Positions 8,302-16,759 of a stretch of 18,749 nt of DNA are shown here, piece by piece. Position 1 is the stretch's first letter, and every line of letters begins with the position of its first letter. Below the pieces are notes generated by a model. It made no database searches. It was not told the DNA's origin and was given only the letters and a program-made list of their open reading frames with translations. The DNA is from an uncultured archaeon. Its GTDB lineage: Archaea; Asgardarchaeota; Thorarchaeia; Thorarchaeales; Thorarchaeaceae. Position numbers and translations under genes: made by a program. The stretch is taken from assembly GCA_964610875.1 (NCBI GenBank), contig CAZSWP010000058.1, forward strand, positions 1 to 18,749, given 5' to 3'.

Positions 8302-8541
8302 ATGAGTGATGTGATAATCTATACAGCACCAAAATGTCCTCATTCAACAAAACTCAAGGAATTCTTAGAGGAGAACAATATCTCTTTTGAGGAGAAGAAT
8401 GTTCTTACAGAGGATGTTTTGTTTGGAGAAATCAAATCAAAAACGGGACAAATGGGTATCCCTGTTGTTGATCTAAATGGAGAAACATTTGTTGGTTTTG
8501 ATAGACGCACAGAACGTCGATTGAAACGAAAGGTGGGATAG
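8302..8541 (+). CDS. Glutaredoxin-like (NrdH/YruB-type) protein with CPHS active site
   Basis: IIYTAPKCPHS, GQMGIPVV (cis-Pro loop), VGFD. Ends 5 nt before the thioredoxin reductase gene. Confidence 0.9.
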   Translation: MSDVIIYTAPKCPHSTKLKEFLEENNISFEEKNVLTEDVLFGEIKSKTGQMGIPVVDLNGETFVGFDRRTERRLKRKVG

Positions 8542-8546
8542 CTAGA

Positions 8547-9470
8547 ATGTACGATCTTTTCATTATAGGAAGTGGTGTTACTGGGTATGGTGCTGCTATG
8601 TATGCTGCTCGGCTTGATCTGACAGTAGCTTTGATGGGTGATGTGGAAGGAGGTACAATTACTCTCACAGATGACGTGGCAAATTATCCTGGATTCATTC
8701 AACTCACTGGGCTGGAGTTAGCTGGAAAATTGCGGGAGCATGCATTAGACTATGCTGTTCATATTGAAACTGGCACTGTTGAGGATGTTTTTCAAGATGA
8801 GCAAGACTTCTTCTACATTGTTGGTGACAAAAAGACATTCCTAGCAAGGTCAATACTTTTTGCTACTGGGATGAAAGAGAGAGAACTGGAGGTCCCTGGA
8901 CATGATGAGTTAAAAAACCGAGGAGTCAGTTATTGTGCCCTATGTGATGCTCCATTATTCAAGAACAAGGTTGTGGCTGTTGTGGGAGGAAGTGACAGTG
9001 CTGCGAAGGAAGCATTGCTTCTGGCGAAATATTGTTCTAAAGTCTATATTATCTATCGGAGAAAGAAAATACGCCCTGAACCAATCAATGCACGGCGAAT
9101 CGAGAAGGAGCCTAAGATTGAGATTATCACAGAAACTAATGTAACTGAAATACTAGGAGAAGATCGAGTTACTGGGGTGAAACTTGATAATCCCTACAAT
9201 GGTTCTGTTACTCTTGACTTAGATGGCGTCTTCATCGCGATAGGTGGCATTCCCTATTCCTCACTTGCTGAGAAACTTGGAGTAGAGCTAAATCAGAAAA
9301 AGGAAATTATTATTGATCGCTCCAGTAGAACAAATATCCAAGGAGTTTTTGCAGCTGGTGATGTCGTAGACTCCGAATTTAAGCAGGCAATCACTGGTGT
9401 AGCAGAAGGTGTTCATGCAGCTTATCAAACATACAAATACGTGAATGAAAGAGAACTACTACTCAAGTAA
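8547..9470 (+). CDS. trxB: Thioredoxin-disulfide reductase
   Basis: FAD motif IIGSGVTG, NYPG, ATG motif, GVSYCALCD active site, NAD(P)H motif VVGGSDSA, C-terminal GVFAAGD...QAITGVAEG. Confidence 0.95.
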   Translation: MYDLFIIGSGVTGYGAAMYAARLDLTVALMGDVEGGTITLTDDVANYPGFIQLTGLELAGKLREHALDYAVHIETGTVEDVFQDEQDFFYIVGDKKTFLARSILFATGMKERELEVPGHDELKNRGVSYCALCDAPLFKNKVVAVVGGSDSAAKEALLLAKYCSKVYIIYRRKKIRPEPINARRIEKEPKIEIITETNVTEILGEDRVTGVKLDNPYNGSVTLDLDGVFIAIGGIPYSSLAEKLGVELNQKKEIIIDRSSRTNIQGVFAAGDVVDSEFKQAITGVAEGVHAAYQTYKYVNERELLLK

Positions 9471-9491
9471 GATTCAATGTGTTTTAGCAGT

Positions 9492-9787
9492 TCAACATGG
9501 TTTGACTCCATCTGAGGGGGATGGTAATACTATTCTCCAAGGATACAATTCACCGTGAAATACTCCTGCTTTAATAACTGGGTCATTATTCATGACTTCT
9601 CTTGCTTCTTCATTTTCAACTTCGATAGATACTAAACCAATGAGCAGATTGGTGAATCTACCAGCAATAACTAATTTCTTTTTTCTAAGCAGTCTTTGTA
9701 AATATGAAAAATGAGCCGATACTACTTCAGGGTCATCAGAGTCATAGCATTTGCAGGACTTAGCATGATCATAAATGATTCAGTCAT
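9492..9787 (-). pseudogene. Frameshifted YciI (YCII-related) family gene
   Basis: ATG 9787 gives MTESFMIMLSPA, and that frame stops after 21 codons. A shifted frame from about 9750 reads YDSDDPEVVSAHFSYLQRLLRKKKLVIAGRFTNLLIGLVSIEVENEEAREVMNNDPVIKAGVFHGELYPWRIVLPSPSDGVKPC*, carrying the YciI H..YL..L, AG and DP...G...PW pattern. The span is 296 nt, one short of a whole number of codons. Confidence 0.75.
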
Positions 9788-9798
9788 AAATAGCATCT

Positions 9799-9827
9799 AG
9801 TGGAGAGATTGATTTATGCTCTCCACT
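9799..9827. promoter_or_regulatory. Inverted repeat AGTGGAGAG-n11-CTCTCCACT (terminator or operator)
   Basis: Perfect 9-bp stem just 3' of the PDO stop and just 5' of the YciI-like ATG. The AT-rich loop lies about 25-30 nt upstream of that ATG. Confidence 0.45.
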
Positions 9828-9838
9828 TGAATTTGTAA

Positions 9839-10483
9839 TCAATCTGTTGCATCATAGAGTTTCTCAATAAAGGAATCTGGTGGAATTGCACCATCAAGAT
9901 GGATATCCTCGTTGATTATTGTTTTTGGAACACCAAATACACTGTACTTGTTTGCAAGGTCTTGGAATTCCAGTGATTCGACCATATCTGCTTCAATTAA
10001 TGGATTCAGTATTGCCGCATAATGAGCTAGTCTTACCATGTCTGGGCAATAGGGACACTGAGGAGTGGTGAAGACCTGGATGTGAATAGGCTTATCGATA
10101 TCTTTGATATCAGCTATCATATCTTCTTCAAGTGGCACTCTACCAGTTGATACAGCAATGATTCCTGCAATAAGAGCTCCAAATTCATGACCTGCGGGAA
10201 TACCATAAAATCGGACCTTGTATGCATCAGCTCCGTGTAGAACAATCGCAGGTTGATGTTTTACTCCCATCTCAGCAGCTTTCCCGGTTCCAATATCATC
10301 ATTATGAACCTCTATTTTTACTTTCTTCGAAAGATCTGCAACTTGAGTCACAAGCTCCTTCGTATCACCACAATACAGACAATCATGATCTTTCACAAAA
10401 AGATGAATTGTCACTTCAGTATCGAGTGCTGCAAACATCATCTTGACTTGTTCTCTTGTTTCTTCATCCATTTGAACTACCAT
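9839..10483 (-). CDS. Protein disulfide oxidoreductase (PDO; two thioredoxin folds, AhpF-NTD-like)
   Basis: CLYC and CPYC active sites, RFYGIPAGHEF, VFTTPQCPYCP, GVPKTIINE. The likely start is ATG 10483 (MVVQMDEE) after GGAG, rather than 10531. Confidence 0.93.
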   Translation of the reverse strand: MVVQMDEETREQVKMMFAALDTEVTIHLFVKDHDCLYCGDTKELVTQVADLSKKVKIEVHNDDIGTGKAAEMGVKHQPAIVLHGADAYKVRFYGIPAGHEFGALIAGIIAVSTGRVPLEEDMIADIKDIDKPIHIQVFTTPQCPYCPDMVRLAHYAAILNPLIEADMVESLEFQDLANKYSVFGVPKTIINEDIHLDGAIPPDSFIEKLYDATD

Positions 10484-10550
10484 TTGACACTCAACTCCAT
10501 GTTCCGAGTATTTGCTATTGATGACTATCACATTAACTATATTTAACTGT

Positions 10551-10567
10551 AACGGAATTGTTCCGTT
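10551..10567. promoter_or_regulatory. Palindrome AACGGAA-n3-TTCCGTT upstream of PDO
   Basis: Perfect 7-3-7 inverted repeat directly upstream (on the minus strand) of a TATA-like TTAAATATA and just past the stop of 10579..10824. Confidence 0.4.
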
Positions 10568-10578
10568 GACTGGTTATT

Positions 10579-10824
10579 CTAAATCTCTCTTGCTGAGTCC
10601 ATAGTGTATGATACTCTGGGTTCAGATTTCTCTTCTAGTTTGGGTATTACTTCAACAACTGCTTTACCTTCATTCTTTGTTACTTGAAGCGTATCAAATG
10701 TTGAAACAATGGAAAAACTGTCTCCCTCTTTTAATCGTGAGAGTACTCCATTCCCCAAAGGACTGTTCAAATACTCCATGTAGAGTTTGGCCATACGTTG
10801 GATTTCTCTATCTCTCGCGTCCAT
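10579..10824 (-). CDS. Small hypothetical protein
   Basis: 81 aa, ATG start preceded by GGGTGA RBS, natural alpha/beta composition, co-oriented with its neighbours. Confidence 0.7.
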   Translation of the reverse strand: MDARDREIQRMAKLYMEYLNSPLGNGVLSRLKEGDSFSIVSTFDTLQVTKNEGKAVVEVIPKLEEKSEPRVSYTMDSAREI

Positions 10825-10925
10825 TTATTTCACCCAACGACGTGCTAAATCGTTAGGCGTGCTGATGGTAATGTGTATAAATCACATAAAAATCCATCAC
10901 TATTACTAAAAATTGATGTTTTCCT

Positions 10926-11993
10926 CTAAATCCAAGAGATTCTATCATCGTCTACCAGTTCATCTATAGCAAAGGGAATGTTCTTCTTCTTCTTGAGTTT
11001 TGCTGCCGCAGTTAATTCGGTTTGGTCACTAATAGTAAGGTCTTCAAGATCGTTACATGAGAAGAGTGGCGAAATATCCAAAGAACTGAATTCGTTCTCC
11101 TCAGGATGATTACTGTACAGATAAAGTTCTTCGAGGGATTTACAATTTCCAAGTGGTGTTAGATCTATTGATTCTAAACGGTTTCCTGCAATATCCAGAG
11201 CTCGTAATTGAGTACAATTTCTCAATGGGTCGAGATCAAGATATTCTATTTTATTCATAGCTAAGCCGAGACGACTCAGTTCAGTGCAGTTTTCAAGGGG
11301 TTTGAGGTCGAGGCTCTCAAGTTGATTTCCTCCTAGTCGCAAGATTTTGAGTTCTTTCCAATTTGCCATCGGTGAGAGATCCATCTGCGTTAGAGTGTTA
11401 TGATGAAGATAGAGGTAAGTCATCTTATTGCAGGCTGCTAGTGGCGTTAAGTCAATGCTGGATAATTCATTATACATGAGATTAAGTTGAGAAAGGTTAG
11501 CACAGTGTTTCAATGGACTGAGGTCTATTTCTGACAGCTGATTATTCTCCAACTCCAGAATTTCTAATGTTTCAAGGTCGACAAGAGGCGAAAGGTCAAT
11601 CTCGGAGATTGCATTATTAAATAACCTAAGCCTAACGAGTGAGGTGAAAGCCAGAGGAATGAGATCTATATCTGGTATTCCTGTTGTACCGAGATTCAGC
11701 TCCCGCAGGTTCGTACATCCCTTCAGTGGTTTGATATCGAGGTTGGATAGTTCATTTTTAAAGAGGCTAAGGAATTGTAATCCTTCACATGTACCAAGTG
11801 GTGAGAGATCAATAGAAGTGAGTCTATTTGATCCAAGATCTAGAATTAGAGGTTCTTTTATTCCCTCCAAGGGTGAAAGGTCAATACTCACAATGTTCTT
11901 CCTACTCAAATCTAATTTCTCATCCTCTGTATCATAATCTACAGTTACTGTTCTATCATCCTTATCCGTATAGTTAAGTACAACCTCTGACAC
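10926..11993 (-). CDS. Leucine-rich repeat protein (~12 repeats, mostly 24 aa)
   Basis: Repeated LxxLxLxxNxLxxIDLxPL. The likely start is GTG 11993 after GAGG (12004-12001); the ORF track start is 12068. No signal peptide or TM segment. Confidence 0.92.
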   Translation of the reverse strand: MSEVVLNYTDKDDRTVTVDYDTEDEKLDLSRKNIVSIDLSPLEGIKEPLILDLGSNRLTSIDLSPLGTCEGLQFLSLFKNELSNLDIKPLKGCTNLRELNLGTTGIPDIDLIPLAFTSLVRLRLFNNAISEIDLSPLVDLETLEILELENNQLSEIDLSPLKHCANLSQLNLMYNELSSIDLTPLAACNKMTYLYLHHNTLTQMDLSPMANWKELKILRLGGNQLESLDLKPLENCTELSRLGLAMNKIEYLDLDPLRNCTQLRALDIAGNRLESIDLTPLGNCKSLEELYLYSNHPEENEFSSLDISPLFSCNDLEDLTISDQTELTAAAKLKKKKNIPFAIDELVDDDRISWI

Positions 11994-12232
11994 GTGAATT
12001 CCTCGTTTTTTTCGAATATGATTTGAAAAACCACTGGTACATTTCAATGTTACCGGCTTGTGTTCCAATCAAAATTTCAATGAAGTTTCAGGATATCAGC
12101 TTACCGCTTACTGTGTCATTCCGTGCTTTTATGAGAGATTTTATGTCTACTTCCACACATCTAGAGTCCTTTAACTATACATTTTTTAACAAAAAAACTT
12201 CGCAATTCCCATTCGAGTGGAGTTGACTACAT

Positions 12233-12598
12233 TTGGAAAAAATGACATTGGGGATACTCCTCCTCACTAGTCCCTACACATTTGAAAACAGTCACACATT
12301 CTATGACCTTGCAAGGGCTGCCCTCGATAAGGGCTACAAGGTCAAAGCTTTCCTATTTGTGGATGCTGTGAATAATGCGAAGCTAAACCAAGAACCTGAT
12401 CCTGATAGACCAATGAATGATAAGTTCCAAGAACTCGCTGAGGATGGTCTTGAATTTCAGGCCTGTGGTCTATGTACATCTGCTAGAGGTTTTGATCAAG
12501 CGGGTGGCGATTTCATCCCTGGTGTTGAGGTTTCGGGACTTACAGAGCTAGCTGAGATTGTCGGCGAGTGTGATAGATTTGTTACGTTCACAATGTAG
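12233..12598 (+). CDS. dsrE: DsrE/TusD-family sulfur relay protein
   Basis: TSPY, ARAALDKG, FLFVDAV, catalytic-Cys region ACGLCTSARG, SGLTELAE...DRFVTF. Start is TTG 12233 or ATG 12242. Confidence 0.88.
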   Translation: MEKMTLGILLLTSPYTFENSHTFYDLARAALDKGYKVKAFLFVDAVNNAKLNQEPDPDRPMNDKFQELAEDGLEFQACGLCTSARGFDQAGGDFIPGVEVSGLTELAEIVGECDRFVTFTM

Positions 12599-12609
12599 GT
12601 GATGGAAAG

Positions 12610-12960
12610 ATGGAATTTGTTGAACGACCAGTATTATTGCTCATTAGGAGTAGACCCTTTGGGAACATTATTAATTTCGAGGGATGGCGTGCATCTGTTG
12701 GAATGTTTGGAATGGACCATGAACCAACTATGTTATTCATAGGTGAAGGTGTCTACGCGCTCTTGAAGAATATTGACGATATGCCAATTAGGATGTTCAA
12801 GTCAACCTATCAGAGTTTTGATGGAAGAATATGTGTGAGTAAACGTTCTCTCGAAGAGAGGAATATCTCCCCGGATGAGATTATCGAAGACGCGGAGATA
12901 ATAGATGAAGAAGAGGTTGGTAAAGCATTTGTTGAGAATGAGATTGTCGTTACATTCTAA
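12610..12960 (+). CDS. dsrF: DsrF/TusC-family sulfur relay protein
   Basis: RSRPFG...EG.R, LFIGEGVYALLK, SLEERNI, terminal VVTF. Follows dsrE with an AGGTGA RBS. Confidence 0.85.
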   Translation: MEFVERPVLLLIRSRPFGNIINFEGWRASVGMFGMDHEPTMLFIGEGVYALLKNIDDMPIRMFKSTYQSFDGRICVSKRSLEERNISPDEIIEDAEIIDEEEVGKAFVENEIVVTF

Positions 12961-12972
12961 GGTGAAGAAAAA

Positions 12973-13272
12973 ATGAAATTTCTCATATGGTTATCAAATG
13001 AATGCAGAAGTTTAGATGAAGTGATTGGTTCCATTACCTCCCAAGGTCATGAAGTTGGTGTTCTTCTAATTCAAGATGCTGTATTCCTCGCAGATAAGGG
13101 ATGTTCACATAATGAAGAAGTTAATTCTTATGGAGTACCTCTCTATCTTGCAAAACATCATGCCGAAGAACGTGGTATATTAGATCGGCTTGAAGGTAAC
13201 GTCAAGATTGTAGATTATCCAGAGATCATTGATCTCATGATGGAAGAATATGACCGTGTAATCTCAGTATAG
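12973..13272 (+). CDS. dsrH: DsrH/TusB-family sulfur relay protein
   Basis: VLLIQDAV, HAEERGI, VDYPEIIDLMMEEYDRVISV. Third gene of the operon, with an AGGTGA RBS. Confidence 0.85.
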   Translation: MKFLIWLSNECRSLDEVIGSITSQGHEVGVLLIQDAVFLADKGCSHNEEVNSYGVPLYLAKHHAEERGILDRLEGNVKIVDYPEIIDLMMEEYDRVISV

Positions 13273-13301
13273 GTAGTCAATGCCTATACAACTTTCACTC
13301 T

Positions 13302-13706
13302 TTATTTTTCACCAGCTATAATCAGTATTTGTCCGAGAAGGTCGCCAGGAAAAACTGAAGCTTTGATTCGTGATTGGAACATACCCACATTCGCTACTCT
13401 ATCCTCAGAGTGTTTCTTGAATTCCATAGCTCCAATACAATTGAGATGACCCATTCCATTTGAGCCATAGAATGACTGAAGAACGAATGAATTTGCTGAG
13501 ATATAAATTGGCTTGATTTCAACTACCCTTGTTTCTCCCTCTTGAAAATGAGTCTTTGTCGCTGCTACCACTGGTACAAGACGCGTCTTACTCCAATCCA
13601 ATTTTATTTCGGTTTCATCTAGACCATCAACGCTTGATCTTAATCGATCCATACCAATTGCAGCCAAATCCTGTCTGCAGCTAATAACATAGATTTTCTC
13701 TGTCAT
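13302..13706 (-). CDS. DUF22-like archaeal protein
   Basis: Pattern PVVA...GE...EIKPI...G....EDR....F....GDLLG recalled from archaeal DUF22 proteins. GGTGGT RBS. Confidence 0.65.
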   Translation of the reverse strand: MTEKIYVISCRQDLAAIGMDRLRSSVDGLDETEIKLDWSKTRLVPVVAATKTHFQEGETRVVEIKPIYISANSFVLQSFYGSNGMGHLNCIGAMEFKKHSEDRVANVGMFQSRIKASVFPGDLLGQILIIAGEK

Positions 13707-13878
13707 AGTCTACCACCTTCAATCATAATGAATCAATGGTATGTACATATCAATGCGGAGTTTAAGTGTTATCTTCTAGCCGTGATTAGACGAACCAAAA
13801 TTTGATGGACTCCTCTATGCTCCTTTCTTGATGTTGCTTGATTCATATGATATTATATCTAAAGACAAATTAGATGCT

Positions 13879-14169
13879 TTAGAAGCCTCCTAAAATGAAA
13901 ACTAGAACAACTAATAGAATCAAAGAGAGAGGAATGAGTATAGCTGCCCTCTTGCAACATACTTGCATTTCATTTGATTGTCTTCTTTGTGCCCCAAAGG
14001 TCGTATATCCCATTTGATTCATTCTGTTTCCACAACGTCCGCAAGTAATGTCACCAATTCGAGAATAACAATGAGTACACTTTGAAGTATCTTCACTAAT
14101 TCTTCCACAATTCGGACACATTACTCTTTGAATCGGATTTCCACAGACAGGACAACTTAGGGAACTCAT
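13879..14169 (-). CDS. Double zinc-ribbon protein with C-terminal membrane anchor
   Basis: Four CxxC pairs (CPVC, CPNC, CTHC, CGRC), then CCKR and one hydrophobic C-terminal helix. Confidence 0.8.
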   Translation of the reverse strand: MSSLSCPVCGNPIQRVMCPNCGRISEDTSKCTHCYSRIGDITCGRCGNRMNQMGYTTFGAQRRQSNEMQVCCKRAAILIPLSLILLVVLVFILGGF

Positions 14170-14180
14170 TTCAATCCACG

Positions 14181-14195
14181 ATAATTGTCAATTAT
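14181..14195. promoter_or_regulatory. 7-1-7 palindrome ATAATTG-t-CAATTAT (candidate operator)
   Basis: Perfect inverted repeat about 12 nt upstream of the Zn-ribbon start codon, within a divergent intergenic region. Confidence 0.35.
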
Positions 14196-14348
14196 TAGCT
14201 CAATATATCTATTGCGAGTCTATTCAAAGTATACACGAGCTCAAAACCTGCATCATCAATATTGAGTTTCTATTGAATCTAATGTTGGAATTATGTAGTT
14301 TAAGATGAGTTATATGTCATATTTCACTGAATTCCAGTTGTGAAGATA

Positions 14349-15179
14349 ATGAATACGAATGAGATTATGAGCTTGGCATTACAAATGGCTGGGCTGAAAG
14401 AGATCCCTGGTGATACTGGAATCCACGTTCCGGGAGATGACATCAAGAAAGTGCTTTTCGGCATCGATATGGGTACAGCAGAATTACTAATGGCTAAACA
14501 GCTCGGGTATGATTTAGTAATAGCTCATCATCCGCCAGGTGGTACATCACGGATACATTTCGAGGAAGTAGTAAAGACACAAATTGGTCAGATGATCGAA
14601 GCAGGGATTCCTCCTCACATTGCAGAAAAAGCGATTCAACCCCGACTTGACACAGTTCGTGTTAGAACACACGTTTCTAATTACGATCACATTGTTTCTT
14701 CAGCAAAACTACTTGAGATTCCTTTCATGAACATCCATCTCCCTCTTGATATGATATGTCGAAAAAGATTCACTGAAGTCATTTTGAAACATACTAAGGA
14801 TAATGAAGAAGCACGAGTGAAAGACGCACTAGATGCTATCAATACTCTTCCCGAGATTAAATTAGGAATGACTGAGCCTATGGTCTATGTTGGTTCTTCA
14901 GAGAATCTTCTCGGTAAATGGACTGTTGCAATGGCCGGAGGAACTAATGGTGGTGCAGGTGTCGCGAAAGCATACTTCACTCACGGTTACTCAACAATAT
15001 TCTACATGCATCTCGCAGAGTCTGATAAGAAACAACTCGCTAGGGATGATACATCAGGAAATCTGATTGCGACTGGACATATAGCTTCAGACTCTGTTGG
15101 TATTGCACCCTTTGTACATGCTCTTAGAGAGAATGGATTAGAAGTGACACCCATAAGCGGTGTCTTTGTACCAGAGTAG
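14349..15179 (+). CDS. Nif3-like dinuclear metal-centre protein
   Basis: IKKVLFGID, DLVIAHHP, NIHLPLD and GHIASD motifs. The likely start is ATG 14349 (alternative GTG 14340). Confidence 0.8.
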   Translation: MNTNEIMSLALQMAGLKEIPGDTGIHVPGDDIKKVLFGIDMGTAELLMAKQLGYDLVIAHHPPGGTSRIHFEEVVKTQIGQMIEAGIPPHIAEKAIQPRLDTVRVRTHVSNYDHIVSSAKLLEIPFMNIHLPLDMICRKRFTEVILKHTKDNEEARVKDALDAINTLPEIKLGMTEPMVYVGSSENLLGKWTVAMAGGTNGGAGVAKAYFTHGYSTIFYMHLAESDKKQLARDDTSGNLIATGHIASDSVGIAPFVHALRENGLEVTPISGVFVPE

Positions 15180-15260
15180 CTCAGATCAGAGTGTTTGAAG
15201 AAGATATCTTGAGGAGTTTGGACTATTCCCCGAATCAAGAATGGAAGCATAAGTAAGCAT

Positions 15261-16679
15261 TTACTGTGAATTATTCTCATATTCAGCTTCAAGATCATCT
15301 ACACTTATCTTGGGTTCAATGCTTTTCGTGATGAGAACGCCAAGAATCATGATATTGAGTATCAATACTACAAGCAACAGCGGTAAACCTTGATATAGGT
15401 CGTAAATTATACCAGCGGGTATTGGACCCAATGTTACGAACATCAAAACTACAACGGTTGTTAGGCTTAGCATTTTTCCAAGGTCTGGGCGTGGTAAAGA
15501 TTTCTGAATATATGTCACTAGAACACTAAACCACAATGTATCATTGATTGTCTTTATTGCTGTTGCAATGAATGCCAGTGAGAAAACAATACTGAGGCCT
15601 GGGTAAACAGAATCAACGGAATTAAGGACCGATTCAGCAACAATGTACGGAACTGATTGAGCGACAATAAGAAGAATGATTGCAACTGGCATAATTGCAT
15701 AAACTACTATCGTAAGACGCCTTCCTCCATGTTTATCAAAAACTCTTCCTAGAATCAGTGTGAGTGGTACTGAAATGATCATGGTGATCAATATCATTAG
15801 ATTAATTTCATACATTCCAAACGCCAGAGTTTCATTCAAATAGTACATGCTAGCAAATCGATAGAAAGCATCACTAAAAGCGTCAATTCCAATTACAAGA
15901 ACAAAAACCGGAAATATCTTGAATAGAAGTTTCAGTCCACGAATATTCTCACCCAAGAAATCTCTAAGCACATTTTCTTCTTGACCCGGTCTCTTATATT
16001 TTGGCAATGATTTTAGTGCGATGACTCGAATTAGAGCAGCAATCATATAGAGCATTCCTGCTACATACATTAGCAATCTCATGATTGATACAAAAGACCA
16101 GCCAAAATCAAAGAGAACTGAAATGACATAGAGTGGAACAAGACCAAATGCAGTTCCAAGCGTAAACAGGCTATTCGCAATACCTCCAAACCTTCGATCT
16201 ACCTGTTCCATATGATAAGCTTGACCTGCAGTTCCCGTGAATGCCGATAATCCTGAAATAAGCAATGCCAATGCTACAAGCCAAATATCGGTGACAAACG
16301 CTAAGAGAAAGAATGATAATCCATTTACTATCATGGTCACAGCAGAAAGAAGTCTTCTATCATAATTATCGGCTAAGTATCCAGAAATGAATGCCCCGAT
16401 TAGATTAACTGCAAGCATGAGAGAAATAAGTACACCTACAAAGACATAATCGATACCGATATCTCTCAAGTACAATGTGTAGTATTGACCAAGAACACTC
16501 ATACTAGAATAGACCCAGACAGTGATGAGGTAGATTGTCCAATTCTTATTACTAAGAACCCTCTTCATGGATTGCAAATAACCGAGTTTTGAGACATCTT
16601 CTTCATCGGATGTAGAATGTAATGTTTGACCATCTATTTCAGTAGAGCATTCTGAATTATCTATATCTTCTGTCAACAC
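15261..16679 (-). CDS. MFS transporter
   Basis: About 12 TMs, with MFS motif A GYLADNYDRR and its repeat GRVFDKHGGRR. Confidence 0.92.
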   Translation of the reverse strand: MLTEDIDNSECSTEIDGQTLHSTSDEEDVSKLGYLQSMKRVLSNKNWTIYLITVWVYSSMSVLGQYYTLYLRDIGIDYVFVGVLISLMLAVNLIGAFISGYLADNYDRRLLSAVTMIVNGLSFFLLAFVTDIWLVALALLISGLSAFTGTAGQAYHMEQVDRRFGGIANSLFTLGTAFGLVPLYVISVLFDFGWSFVSIMRLLMYVAGMLYMIAALIRVIALKSLPKYKRPGQEENVLRDFLGENIRGLKLLFKIFPVFVLVIGIDAFSDAFYRFASMYYLNETLAFGMYEINLMILITMIISVPLTLILGRVFDKHGGRRLTIVVYAIMPVAIILLIVAQSVPYIVAESVLNSVDSVYPGLSIVFSLAFIATAIKTINDTLWFSVLVTYIQKSLPRPDLGKMLSLTTVVVLMFVTLGPIPAGIIYDLYQGLPLLLVVLILNIMILGVLITKSIEPKISVDDLEAEYENNSQ

Positions 16680-16759
16680 TTAACATCCAATGTAGTTTTT
16701 ATGACCTTCTTCGATTCCACTTAAGAGTTATGTACTAGAATAGAGATTTTTTTGCCTCC

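Noticed and set aside
10532-10567. SurR-type GTT-n3-AAC site upstream of PDO
   Set aside because: AAC/GTT triplets are present but not in the GTTn3AAC arrangement.
10926-11993. Periodic nucleotide similarity resembling a repeat array or CRISPR
   Set aside because: It is the 72-nt periodicity of the LRR coding repeats, degenerate and in frame.
8302-13272. Possible selenoproteins or SECIS elements among the redox genes
   Set aside because: All active-site positions are ordinary Cys/Ser codons with no in-frame TGA, and the 9799-9827 hairpin lacks a recognisable SECIS core.
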